Positions 25,446 through 38,085 of a stretch of DNA of 64,000 nt are shown piece after piece. The DNA is from Isurus oxyrinchus (lineage: Eukaryota). The translations under genes were made by a program, and so were the position numbers. Every line of letters begins with the position of its first letter. Within the stretch, counting starts at the first letter, position 1. The DNA lies in assembly GCA_026770705.1 (NCBI GenBank), contig JANJGN010000011.1, positions 78,244,001 through 78,308,000 of the forward strand. The letters run 5' to 3'. Under the pieces are notes generated by a model that was given only the letters and a program-made list of their open reading frames with translations, ran no database searches and was not told the origin of the DNA.

Positions 25446-25479
25446 TCTCTTTTATTCAGCAATACTCAAGTTCTGTACA

Positions 25480-26330
25480 ATGAGGGCAGCTTTTTCACCA
25501 AGCAGCCTTCTTGCAATGTGCCTTGGTGGCCAGAAGATGGTAGGTATTACAGACTGACAATCACACACCATGGATGCTGCCAGGTTAACGGACATTCATG
25601 GAGATACATTTCTTGGGGTGGTCATACACTGCACGTTTAGAGAATGGCAGAACTTGCAATTCCTGTATGCATGAAGTTAATATAAGAGAACCTCAGAGCC
25701 AAATTTGTGCAATCAATGGCATCCTGCACTATTCGGAAGCCCACTATCCAGATGAATTCACGTGCCCCCTAATCCTGTTGTTCCCTCGCCTCAATGAGAA
25801 GAGGATGGAGTACCTTTTTCTTGCACATAGTGCCTCTGTGACCTCCCTGATGCATTTATTCATGACAAACTGTGATATGTTACTAATATCACCTGCTCCT
25901 ACCTGACAGGATCCACTGGATAGAATGATGACCATTACTGCCTTCTTTGAGGTTCCAGTTCTGTGTATAGGGGCTAACATATCTCTGTGATGACCAACTT
26001 TGTGAATTGTAGCCTCCTCAGGCACTGCTATTAACTCATTGCTTAGTAGGAATGGTGATCCACTTGCAGACCAAGTGGTGCCACAACAACAATGCCCCCC
26101 ATACCTGTGTAAGGTATTGGTCTTTCCACCCTTCCTGTGTGCAGCAAAAAATCCAAATTGCTCCAGCACTCATCACAGTGATTCCACAAACATTGCCTTA
26201 AAAAAAGTAAATCAAAAGCACATCAGCTGCAATTTGTTGACTGACCCTTTAAATAGTCCCAGAACAGGGCCCAACTTGCTTGATAACCATTGTTCTTACA
26301 GGAATGATCAACACAAGGCAACCAAATTTA
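25480..26330 (-). pseudogene. HARBI1-type Harbinger transposase fragment
   Basis: SGSCQVGAGDISNISQFVMNKCIREVTEALCAR, followed by a frameshifted GF..VQDAIDCT motif. Confidence 0.8.
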
Positions 26331-26367
26331 GTATCCTGCTATTGTATCAGCCTGTTCAGATCACTGT

Positions 26368-26492
26368 TGGCTTACGGGGAGAAGACAGGGGATTAGCATT
26401 AGATGAGTTGCTCATTCAGAGAGCCAGTTCAGACACAATTGGTCAGATGGCCTCCTTGTGCACTGTAATAATTCTGCGATTCTGTAATATCA
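26368..26492 (+). mobile_element. CR1/HE1-type 3' tail fragment
   Basis: GAGCCAG..CAGACAC..GGTCAGATGGCCTCCTTGTGCACTGTAATAATTCTGCGATTCTG. Confidence 0.7.
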
Positions 26493-28079
26493 TATAGCAT
26501 GATAGTGTCCATTCAAGGTCTTCAGGCCCGCGGTGGAAACATACCTCCACAGGCACTGCAATCCAAAACAGTGCCTGGGTTGTGCAGGAAGTGGCCAGTG
26601 ACCAGCAACACATTGTGTTCAACTGAACCTGAGGGAGGCACGTAGAGCACCAGCAGGAGCAGAGCTATACAACTGAATTTTTCACCAAACTTTTCAGAGG
26701 TCATGGGTTGTATTTCACTGGGGCTCGCCCGCACCACCCCACTCCCTGCCCCCAACCACCACTCCCCAGAAGAAAAGTCAGCTGGAAGCCGACTCGGTCC
26801 ATGCCAGTCTGCTCTGCAGCCATAACACACTGAGAATGGGCCATATTGATGGAGAGTGAGACTTCTGCCCTCACTCGGGAGCTGCCAGCCAATCCGATTG
26901 ACCGGCAGCTCCAGTAGCCCCAGCAGCACCAAGAGCTCATTAGTGGGTACTGCCGGGATTGCAACCAGTCCTAAGATTAAGGCCCAAATGATCCCGGAGT
27001 GAGGTAGGCCCAAAATATTAGGCAAAGAAGGTTTCACCAGCTTATGGATGTGGTTGGGAGTGTTTTGGAGAGCAGGCAGGTAGGAAGAAAGGGGAGATAC
27101 AATCTCAGAGGGGCTGCAAAGGGGAGGGGAGCAGGAGAAGCTGGTCTGTCCAGTAGCAGAAAGGATGGTGGGGGAGATAGGGGGAGGGTGGTGTTGGTTG
27201 GTTTACCAAACAGCAATACAGCAAGGCACTGGCACGTTTGGGAACAAGGTGTGGAGGTGTCTGAAGAGAGCCAGGCTCTGCCCTATGAGGTAGGTCCATC
27301 GTTACAGACATCTACCTGATCTTATGTGTCCAAAGGAGGCAGCAGTTGCACACATGACAGGTCAACGGTCAGGGTAAGAATATCAAGCAGGGCAGGTCCA
27401 GCTGGAGAGAGAATAGCTTAAGGGTCTCTGAGGGAGGGTTGAGAGCTGCCAAGAGCAGGCCAAGGATAATGGAAGGAGGCTCCGGGATGACAGTAGGGAG
27501 GTCGAAGGTGAGGAGGGAGGGTTGATGGTAAGAGATGGAAGTTCAAGGGTCACTGGCTCGGGACAAGATTGATGGTTGGAGGCTCCAGTATGATGGGGGA
27601 AGGGGAAGGGAGATGATGGGTCAAGGGTATGGAAGGAAGCTCGAGGGTGACAGAGAGAGAGGGCGGAGGTGGATGGGCTGCAGCTGCAGGGTCTCAGTGT
27701 TAGTGTCCATCGACATGGCTGGTAAGAAAACTTGAGCTGGCAGGGGATCAGGTTTTTGTGGGTGCAGGGCACTGTGGGATGGGAGGAGCCCTGTGTTTAG
27801 CCTATAAGTCAACTGCAACTGCTCGAGGAATAGAGGCTATGTAAACAGAGGTGCTCATATATTTGCCTGCCTTCTTCACACAGTTCACTTTGCAGATTCA
27901 CAATAGTTCTCAGGCACCCAATCTTTTTGCCACCTCGGGTGGTGGACGAGAGGGCTCGCCAGATGAGGGCCTTGGTCACACAACATAGGTGACAAGAACA
28001 TTAGCTGGCACCAGCTAATTGGGAGGGAGGTCAGGAGGAAGGCAACGAAGGCCGTCATCATCTCCAAAGAGCATTGTTG

Positions 28080-28930
28080 CATAGTGTGTGTTCAGAATGC
28101 ACACCAATAACCTTCAGAGGTCTGAAAGGCAATGTCAGAGATGGCTAAGGCTTTCCCGGGAGGCAGTCACCGACCTCTGTGTGCACTCCTACATCAAGAT
28201 CTCTAATCCCGTGGATTTGGAAGGAACCTGATGCCAGTCATCCTCAAGGCGACTGCAGCCCAGCAACCCATTCCAGGGGTCCATGCAGGGACACGTGTGG
28301 CATCTCCCAGTCTGAAACACATGGATAAATAAGGGAGGGGACAGTTCAGAAGGGCCAGCAAATTCATTTGATTCACAACAGATATTGATAGCAAGGCCGG
28401 AAGAGCAGTTGGCTTCAGGGCCATCACACGGTTCCCACAAGTACATAGTGTCATCGACTGTATTCACGTGGCCATGGGAACAGCCAGCTGCATTTGTAAA
28501 TCAGAAGATGTTTCACTCCCTTAACATTCAACTAGTCTGTGGCCACCAGAACAGAATTATGCAGGTATGATCGTTCCCCAGGGATCTCTCAAGATTCATA
28601 CTTTTTGCACAACTCCCAGCTGCCAGAGATATTCAATGACCCTGTCCATGCGTAGAGTTGGATCCTGAGTGACAAGGACTATCCCCTGAGAACATGGCTC
28701 ATGACACCAGTGTATCATCCCCACAGCCCTGCAGAGGAGCATTATAATGCAGGGCAGAATTCAACCAAGGCAATCATAAAGCAGCCCATAGGATTGCTCA
28801 AAATACACTTCTGCGGCCTTGACCACTTAAATAGTACATTACAATTCACACCATGGTGGGTGTCCAGGATTGTCATAGTCTGATGTGCCGTGCACAACAT
28901 CGCATTGCAATGGAGAGAGGAATTGCAATG
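28080..28930 (+). pseudogene. HARBI1-like DDE transposase pseudogene, nearly full catalytic domain
   Basis: Across frameshifts: FPQVHSVIDCIHVA, FVNQKMFHSLNIQLVC, WILSDKDYPLRTWLMTP, EEHYN, IGLLKIHF and RIVIV*CAVHNIA. Confidence 0.9.
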
Positions 28931-29074
28931 TTAGGGCTTGGGCAAGCTGCTCCCATCCTCAGAAGATGATGATGGAAAGGAATATGAGAAGGGGGTCGGG
29001 GATTTAGTGGCAGCTCTCCCAGATGCCAGGGCCATGGAGAAACATGCCAGGGCTGTCAAAGGCAGCTCCATTTT

Positions 29075-29292
29075 CAATTGTCTTCTATCCAGCTTCACCT
29101 GTTCCACCTCCCTTAAACAGTATATATTTCACCAGATTTCTACTTCCCTTTAGCTCTAAAGAAGAGTCGTACCGACTTGAAATGTTAACTCTGTCTTTCT
29201 CTCCACAGACGCTGTCAGACCTGCTGAGTTTTTCCAGCATGTTTTCTTTTTGTTTCAGATTTCCAGCATCCACAGTATTTTGTCTTTATCCA
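29075..29292 (+). mobile_element. Penelope 3'/pseudo-LTR fragment with a decayed hammerhead
   Basis: CTAAAGAAGAGTCGTACCGACTTGAAATGTTAACT...CTGTCAGACCTGCTGAGTTTTTCCAGC...TTCCAGCATCCACAG. Confidence 0.85.
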
Positions 29293-30699
29293 TTTTGAAT
29301 TGTTTTGTCCAGGAATGAAGCACCCACCTGACCATCATTTCCTCATCTGCAAATCTTTGCGTACTCTGAATGTGCACCCACATCTACCAGCCTCCACCCG
29401 GGACTCTACCCCCTTGAAGACCAAGGGAAGCAGACTTTTATCACACTTGATGAAAAGAGATGCCTTCCCCCGAGGATACTGACTTCACAATGGCACATGA
29501 GACTCTGAAACTATTACAAGTCATCTTTCTGTTCCTTTTCCACAATGACAGGGCCATGAGTGCACGAGCAGCACATCAGTTCTTTCGCGGGTATAGAGGC
29601 AACCTCCTTGGCCCCCCACCCACCCCTTACTGGAGGCCCTGGAATCACCATCAAAGGGGATGAGGAATTGCCATTCACTCTGGGAGTGCCCGGAAAGGAC
29701 GCTTTAAGGTAGCCAGCTGGTGCTCTCCCTCCCTCTCAGTGTGCAATGGCATCTCGTTGTATCCCTGAGGAGAAGGGGCACCTGGAGGGAAGTCCAGGTG
29801 CCTCGCTCCCATCTCGCCTAGACACAGCTGTACTGAGCCTGTGGCCAGAGCGATAGAATGCAGGTCCTCGCACATATGGAATGTATGATAAACCTGGTTC
29901 TCCATGGCAGTAACCATGGAGGAAGCCATGCACTCGCATGCCGGACCCATGGTCAGAAGTCAACCTGACTTCTGGATGGACTCCTCCACCATCTATGCAA
30001 GAATTCACATAGTATCTGGCACCTCCATCAGATTTTCCCCTACCTGTCTCTGCATTTCCAGCAGGTTTATTGTGGTCAAGACCAGAAGCCCATCATCATC
30101 CTGGGACTCAACTGAGGCCTGATCCCCACCAGGCCTCCGAATGTCAGGGACTTTGGTTGACACAGTCTCCCTCTATCACTGGAACTTGGCTGTGAAGTGA
30201 TCACTAGCATGTGCCCCTAGTTCTACACAGGAACCCTTTGAGACCTGTGTGGGTGTAACTGAGCTGCTGGGAGAGACAGATGGCAGTGCATTGTCTGAGT
30301 GTCAGAGATGGATTTGTTGGTTTCCTCAATGGGCTTTGGCCTTTCCAGCCTATGGTAATGACCTTCAGTAGGCTACAACAAGAAAGACATTAAGGAGAAG
30401 CTCAGCCTGTCAGCAAACCACAGTTTCACATGTCTCGAATGTGCCCATGTCGCAACACCAGCTTGGAGGCATTCTCAGTCTGTTGCCTAGCTAATCCAGC
30501 CTTGCCAACTGCAAATGACTGGTTGCCCTGCTCACCCACAACCTCCATGGCTTCCTCCTCACATGCTGTTAGAACTTTCAGGTCAGGCATTCCTCCTCCA
30601 GATATGGCCCTCTCCCTAGCATTGAACGTTTCCTTCTCCTGTACGACAAATTGGAGACTTAGTGACATATTAAGAGACAACTAACTCCCATGTCCAGAT

Positions 30700-33600
30700 G
30701 CGGGAGGTGGTGGTGTAGTATTGTCACTGGAATAGTAATCCACAGGCCCTGGGTAATGTTCCGGGGACCCAGGTTCGAATCCCATCACGGCAGATGGTAA
30801 AATTTGAATTTAATGAAAATCTAGAATTAAAAGTCTAATGATGATCATGAAACCATTGTTGATTGTTGTAAAAACCCATCTGGTTCATTAATGTCCTTTA
30901 TGGAAGGAAATCTGCCATACTTACCCAGTTTGGCCTGCATGTGACTCCAGACCCACAGCAATATGGTTGACCCTTAAACGCCCTCAGTTGTATCAAACTG
31001 CTAACAAGTCTAAAAGAAATGAAACCGGACAGACCATCTGGCATCGACCTAGGCACCGGAAACAGCAATGGCAAATTCAGCCATGTCAACCATGCAAAGT
31101 CCTCCTTACTAATGCCTGGGGGCTTGCCCCACAGACTAGTCAAGCAACAGCCTGACATAGTCATACTCACGGAATAATACCTTACAGATAATGTACCAGA
31201 CATCAGCACCACCATTCCTGTGTATGTCTTATATCACCGACAGGACAGACCCAGCAAAGGTGGCAGCCCTGCGGCACAGTGGTATACAAGCAGGAGGGAG
31301 TTGTACTGGGAGTCCTCAACATTGACTCCGGACGCCATGAAGTCCCACGGCACCAGGTCAAGCACAGGGAACGAAACCTTCTGTTGATTGCAACATACCG
31401 TCCATCCTCAGCTGATGAATCAGTGCTCCTCCATGTTGACCACCATTTGGAGGAAGCAGTTAGGGTGGCAAGGGTGCAGAATGTACTCTGGGTGGGGGAC
31501 TTCAAAGCCCATCACCAAGAGTGGCTCGGTAGCATCACTATGGACCAAGCTGGTTGAGGCCTAAAGGACATAGCTTCTAGACTGGGTCTGCGGTAGGTGA
31601 TGAGGGAACCAACAGGGAAAAACATACTTGACCTCATGCTCACAAACATGCCTGCTGCAGATGCATCTGTCCATTAGGGTATTGGTAGGAGTTACAACCG
31701 CACAGTCCTTGTGGAGATGAAGTCCTGCCTTCACATTGGAAATACCCTCCGTTTTGTTGTGTGACACTATCAGTGTGCTAAATGGAATAGATTTCGAATA
31801 GGTCAAGCAAATCAAGACTGGGCAACCATGAGTCGCTGTGGCCTATCAGCAACAGCAGAATTGTAGTCAACCACACTCTGTAACTTCATGGCCTGGCATA
31901 TGTCCTACTGTACCATTACCATCAAGCCAGGGGATCAGCACTGGTTCAAATAAGAGTGCAGGAGAGCATGGCAGGAGCAGCACCTGGCATACCTAAAAAT
32001 GAGGTGTCAGCCTCATGAAGCTACAACACAGGACTACTTGCATGCCAAACAGCATTCGCAGCAAGTGATAGACAGAGCTAAGTGATTCCATATGCAATGG
32101 ATCAGATCTAAGCTCTGCAGTCATGCTGCATGCAGCCATAAATGGTGGTGGACAATTAAACAGCTCACTGGAGGAGGAGGCTCCACAAATATCCCCATCC
32201 TCGCAGGAAGGGGTGCCCAGCACATTAGTGCAAGCATTTGCTGCAATCTTCAGCCAGAATCTCGATCCACCTCGGCCTCCTCCAGAGATCCCCAGCATCA
32301 CAGATCAGCCAATTCAGTTCACTCCATGTGATATCAAGAAATGGCTGAAGGCACTGGATAGTGCAAAGGCTATGGGCCCTGACAATATTCCAACAACAGA
32401 AGACTTGTGCTCCAGAGCTTGCCGTGTCCCCAGCCAAGCTGTTCCAGTACAACTACAACACTGGCATCTACCCAGCATTGAAGAAAATTGCCCAGGTATG
32501 TCCTGTACACAAAAAGCAGGACACATCATACCCAGACAATTACCTTCCCATAAGTCTAGCCTTGATCATAGTAAAGTGATGGAACAGGTCATCAATAGTG
32601 CTATCAAATGGCACTTGCTTAGCAATAACCTTTTCACTGATGCTCAGTTTGAGATCCATCAAGGCCACTCAACTCCTGATCTCATTACAGCTTTGGTTCA
32701 AACATGGACAAAACAGCTGAACTCCAGAGGTGAGGGGAAAGTGACTGCTCTTGACATCAAGGCTGTATTTGACTGAGTGTGGCATCAAGGAGCCTTAGCA
32801 AAACTGGAATCAATGGAAAACAGGGGAAAACTCTCCGCTGGTTTGAATCATACCTACCAGATGGTTGTGGTTTTGGAAGTCAATCATCTCAGTTCCAGGA
32901 CATCACCGCAGGAGTTCCTTAGGATAGTGTCCTAGACCCAACCATCTTCAGCTGCTTCATCAATGACCTTCCTTCTATCATAATGTCACAAGTGGGGATG
33001 TTTGCTGATGATTGCACAATGTTCAGCACCATTCACATCTCGTCAGCTACTGAAGCAATCCGTGTCCAAATGCAGCAAGACCTGGACAATATCCAGGCTT
33101 GGACTGACAAGTGGCAAGTAACATTCAAGACACATAAGTGCCATTCAGTGACCTTCTCCAACAAGAGAGAATCTAACCATCGCCCCTTGACATTCAATGG
33201 CATACTGTCACTGAATCCCCCATCCTTGGGGTTACCATTGAGCAGAAACTGAACTGAACTAGCTAATAAATACTGTAGCTACAAGAGCAGGCCAGAGCCT
33301 AGGAATCCTGCAGTGAGTAACTCACCTCCTGACTCACACAATCTCTAAGGCACAAGTCAGGAGTGTGATGGAATACCCTCCCCTTGCCTGGATGCGTGCA
33401 GCTCCAACAACACTCAAGAAGATTGACACCATCCAGGACAAAGGCCATTTGATTGGCACCCCATCTGCCACTTTAAACATTCACTTCCTCCACCACTGAA
33501 CACAAGGGCAGCAGTGTGTACCATCTACAAGATGCACTGCAGAAACTCACCAGGCTCCTTAGGCACCACCTTCCAAAACCAAAACCACTACCATTTAGAA

Positions 33601-33876
33601 AACAAGGGCAGCAGATAGATGGGAACACCACTAACTGGAAGTTCTCCTCCAAGCCACTCACCATCCTGACTTGGAAATATGTCGTCATTTCTTCACTGTC
33701 ACTGGGTTAAAATTCTGGAACTCCCTGCCTAACAGCACTGTGGGTGTACCTATACCATATGAACTGCACTGGTTCAAGAAGGCAGCTCACTACCTCCTTC
33801 TCAATGGCATTTAGGGATGGGCAATAAATGCTGGCCTTGCCAGCAAATCCCACATCCCATGGGTGCATTAAAAAAA
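30700..33876 (+). mobile_element. Full-length single-ORF CR1-group LINE with a tRNA-like 5' head (degraded)
   Basis: Box B GGTTCGAATCCC at 30772-30783. APE motifs QPDIVILTE, YRPSS, VGDFKAHH and LDLMLTN. RT motifs ALDIKAVFD, FINDL and MFADDC. A-rich tail. Candidate TSD TCCCATG(T)CCA at 30686 and 33878. Confidence 0.88.
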
Positions 33877-35109
33877 TTCCCATGCCACATACTGAGCACA
33901 CTTTCCAACTAGTGCCCAATTGCTTTGTTATGCACAACTGTGGAGCATGTTCGCCTTTTTGACCATGTAGTTCTGATGATCACCATGCATTTTCCGCCTG
34001 TACTCTGTCCCCATTTGCAAAGGCCCTTGATACCCCCATGAGAGACCCTTTGATGCAAAGCCACATTGCCACTTACCCTGGCAGACCACAGTAGGTCAAT
34101 CACCCTTTTGCTATGCTTTGCCCATGTTTGTGACCCCACAGCTGCTCACCTCCTCCACGGTCAAGCAGGGCAGTCATCTATTTCCATCCCTGGGGAAAAG
34201 CACCTACTGCTTTTCATGAACGGCCTCAAGGGGTGTCTGCAGGGAGGCATCGCTAAACCACGGGGCCATTCTTCCTGAATCCAGACATGGCAGAATGGGA
34301 GTGGTGGGAGCAATGAATGGTGGGTCCAAGAAGATGCTTTGGCAGAGGAAAGGATTGCATAATGGGGGTAACTTCCTGAAAGCTGTCAATAGGGATAGAA
34401 GCTATGAATCTCAAAAAAAAATGTTTAATGGCCCTACACATAGAGGACCTTGCTGCAAACTTGTTTCCATTTCTCCCTTCCACCAGAGACTGGGTGCTGA
34501 CAGAGGTGGGCCTTTTAAAGCCTGTTCTGACCTGGAATTGAGACAGCTGAAGGCAGGGATGGACACTTCCTGCTGACACAGTAACAAGAATACTACTAAC
34601 TGTGCCACAGCTACACTTAATATCCATGTAATGCATACAACATACACAGCTTGTGTTGGTGGATTTTTCAGCAACTGTTGTTTTGGTGCTTAAGGAATTT
34701 CAATGAAAATCAAGGCATTTTATGATTTAGTTTGCTGCATTCCATATTCTTAAGAGACATTATTTTCCATTAAAATCCTGTTTAAGTAAGTATATAATTA
34801 TATTAAAGTAGAACAAAAAAGAGTTTTGATGGGAACTAAAAATAGTACAATGGAAAATGAAACGTATTCTAAATTGAATTCATTTGATTGTTACTCACAG
34901 GACTGATACATTTCGCTGTTTGAGTGTCTGAAATGCTGAATAAACAAAGGGTTGTATCTTACTCAGCTTTTCCACCATATCAAGGGAGTTGGGGGTGAGG
35001 TGGGGTGGGGGGAGTAAGAAATTGGATATTGAAATCTGCCACCATGTTGCGAGATACCCGTACCTTCTGCCAGTGTTTGTCGGTGGCGGAGGGAGTGAAT
35101 TTGTTTTTT

Positions 35110-38085
35110 AATTCATTCATGGGATTTGGGCGTCCCTGGCTAGGCTACCATTTATTGCCCATCCCTAATTGCCCTTAAGAAGGTAGTCGTGAGCTGCCTC
35201 TTTGAACCACTGCAGTCCATGTTAGGGAGGGCGTTCCAGGATTCTGCCACAACAACAGTGAAGGAATGGCGATATGTTTCCAAGTCAAGATTATTAGGAA
35301 ACAGAGACAGTTTAAGTAAGTTATATTGGTATTTGTGGGTGTTAGGAATGAGTTTTAGCTTTAATGTTTGATTTGTATTTCTGTGCTTGTGTGTTAGGAA
35401 AAGGTCAAATTGCATTTTAGTTTCACTTTAAAAGGGTGCTTGCATTTCTAATGAGGTTTTTACGACTTCTAAGGAGAAGTTAAACAAACACAACAGTAAA
35501 CAACTGGCTGTTGCCTAGCAATGGGGGCACAGAGAATCAGGTTCTTCCCACAGACACACACAAGAGAAACAGCAGTTTGATTTTGGAAGCTCTTTGAGTC
35601 CAATTGGTTGAAAGACAACTGTGAAGCAGAAGCAACCTAGAAGAGGACAGATAGCAAGTCTCAAGCTAAGGAAAAAACTCCAAAAACCCAGGCAAATAAA
35701 CATGGGAAAGCCCCAAGCAGACCTTCTAGTCAGAGGAAGGACAGGAACCTGGAAGAGATGCTGTTAAGTGAAGTTAAGAGTGAGGGGCAGAGATAAAGGC
35801 TCCAAGCTTCAGATTTAAAGTGCCAAAAGCTACAGAAAGCAGATTTAAAGCAAGAACAGCTTTCAAGAGGCAAGACATTCCAAGAAGACAACTGAAGGCC
35901 TGTAACTCTTTGCTATGGGCATGTGATGCAGTCGTGGACTCTTAACATTGAGTCAGTGAGAGAGAATGCGTGGAAGACAGCTTGAATGCTTGTGGTGACC
36001 CAGGGAAGAGAAATAAAGGAAGGAGAGCTTAAAACCCTGGAGGTAAACCCTTGTGGAAGGCATCTGAGAGAAAGCATCAGTTTAGGAAAATATTCCAAGG
36101 TGGGTTCTTGGAGAGTGGAGACTGGAAACCCTGGTGTGAAAGATGGGTGCAGTGAGACCGGTTGGCTCATGGTGTGATAAGCGTCTTGGGGGAGTTGAGG
36201 AAAGATCTATAGCATCTGGTTGAGGTGGTGTCTGTCACTTAGTTTCAGAGCGTTGGGTGTCTGACCGCAGGGTGCCTATTGGTACACGTACTGTGTACTT
36301 ACTGTGGACATTAGAGTATAAGATAGCTTTTGTAACTCGTGTTATCCTTACAAATCTGTATATGTTGGTGAAGGTATAAGTGTGGGTGAAGGTATATTGT
36401 AATATAGTTATTTTCTTGTTGAATAAATGTTTTATCCTTTTGTTAAAAGTTCATCAGCTGACTCCTCTGACTCTGTTCAGCAGCTACTCTCCACATATCT
36501 AAACAAACAAATAAAACTTAGGATCTATCAAGGTGGGTTCCAATCTGGGAACAGGCTTATACAGGAGTAACTTCAGCTGGGATCGTAACAAAACGGGGGC
36601 TCACCCAGGATTTGAAACGCGGACAGCGGTTGGTTGGACATGGAATAATAATTAGCTCAAGATTATTGATTATAAAGTGTGATTGGAAATCCTTGAACAT
36701 TGGTGGGATCTGTGAATCTTTTTTAATGAGTATGTGGAGGTAAAGAGGTACTGAACATAGGAATTGGAGTTGCTGTGAGGTATCATACAGGTTGCAATTC
36801 AAAATGGCTTTGGAGGTGCTAAGAGTCTTTTACAGATGGAAAATGTGACCCTGACTGGTTTACAGAAACTAACCAAAGGTAAGATAATGAATTTGGTAGA
36901 TTAGCTGCAGTTAGAATTACCCGAAGGGGTGAGGAAAGTAGACATAGTTGAGATAATAGCACAGCATTTAAAACTGGAAGGGACAAGAGAGGCCACATTT
37001 TCCATGGGATGAGCTAATTGAGTTAGCTAAGATCCAGTTGCAAATGATGCAACTTAAACAAGCAAAGGAACTGAAAAATCTTCAATTAGAGGCAAAAGAA
37101 AAAGAAAAAAGAAAGGGCATATCAAAGGGACCAAGTGGAAAGGCAGGAGAAAGAAAGAAAGGAAACTAGAACTGTAATTTCAGGCAAGGGAGAAGGATAA
37201 AGAAAGAACAGCAAGGGAAGGAGAGAAGGGACGAGAAAGGGAAAACCGGGTAAAAGGCTGGACCTTAAAATAGAGATCTCAGATGCTGAGGAAAGTTCTG
37301 ATGATGAGAAAACATTCAATCCAAAACCCAGTGGGGAGATGTTTAAGTTTGTGCAAGCTCTTCCACATTTTGAGGAAAGGGATGTAGAGGCATTCTTTAT
37401 CTTGTCTGAGAAGGTACAAAGAGATTACTGAACATCTGTGACCCTTTACTATGGGCATGTGAAGCAGTGGTACTGTTCTCGGCTGACAACAGCTGGAACA
37501 CAGCTTGAATGCATGTGGTGACCCAGGGAACAGGAACATTGGAAAGACAGTTTGAAACCTTGGAGGCAAATCCTTGCAGAAGGCATCTGAGAGAAAAGTT
37601 TGATTTGGGAGAATATTCCAAAGAACAGTTCGGAGAGTGCAGATTGGAAACCCTCATGTGAAAAATGGAGTGCAGTGAGACCGGTCGGCTCATGGTGTAA
37701 ATTTGTTCAGTGACTATTCTGCATGTATCTAAACAAACAAATTAAAAGTTAGGATCCATCAGGCTGGGTTCCACTCTGGGATCAGGCTTGTCCAGGAGTA
37801 ACCTCAGCTGGGATTGTAACAGGATGGTGAGTGGCTTGGAAGGGAACTTCCAGGTGGAGGTGTTTACATGTGTCTGCTGTCCTTCTAGATGGTTCAATCA
37901 TGGGTTTGGAAGGTGATGTTGAAGAAGCCTTGGTGAATTCCTGCAGTGCATCTTGCAGATGGTATGCACTGCTGCTACTGTGCGTCGGTGGCGGAGGGAG
38001 TGAATGTTTGCGGATGTGTGTCCCCAGAGCATTACCCTGGGTCTCTGGAATACTAATCCAGTGACAATACCACTATTCCACTGCC
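35110..38085 (-). mobile_element. Head-plus-tail derivative of the tRNA-headed LINE, split by an LTR element
   Basis: The tail at 35110-35291 continues at 37822-38015 and is joined to the tRNA-like head at 38017-38085. Confidence 0.7.
35292..37821 (+). mobile_element. Internally deleted Gypsy (Gmr1-like) LTR retrotransposon: 5' LTR, PBS(Pro), gag N-terminus, partial 3' LTR
   Basis: The 5' LTR (35292-36590) ends GATCGTAACA, followed by PBS GGGGGCTCACCCAGGAT. gag from 36804 reads LQKLTKGKIMNLV..KVDIVEIIAQHL and VQALPHFEERDVEAFF. The 3' LTR (37413-37821) ends TGTAACA. TSD is AGAT/GGAT. Confidence 0.9.

Larger units (their letters stand above)
27790..34716. mobile_element. Large two-gene Harbinger element (transposase on +, intron-containing Myb/SANT gene on -) with nested Penelope and LINE insertions
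   Basis: Transposase remnant at 28080-28930. Myb exon 1 at about 34079-34290 ends CAGG|GTAAGT, and exon 2 starts at about 30639 (EKETFNARERAISGGGMPDLKVLT). Putative right TIR GAAAATCAAGGC at about 34716. The left end was not located. Confidence 0.75.

Noticed and set aside
28080-28930. Domesticated host HARBI1 gene
   Set aside because: Multiple stops, frameshifts and deletions, many paralogous fragments in the window, and transposon context.
30705-30790. tRNA gene
   Set aside because: Box A/B-like motifs belong to a retroelement head; there is no clean cloverleaf or terminator.
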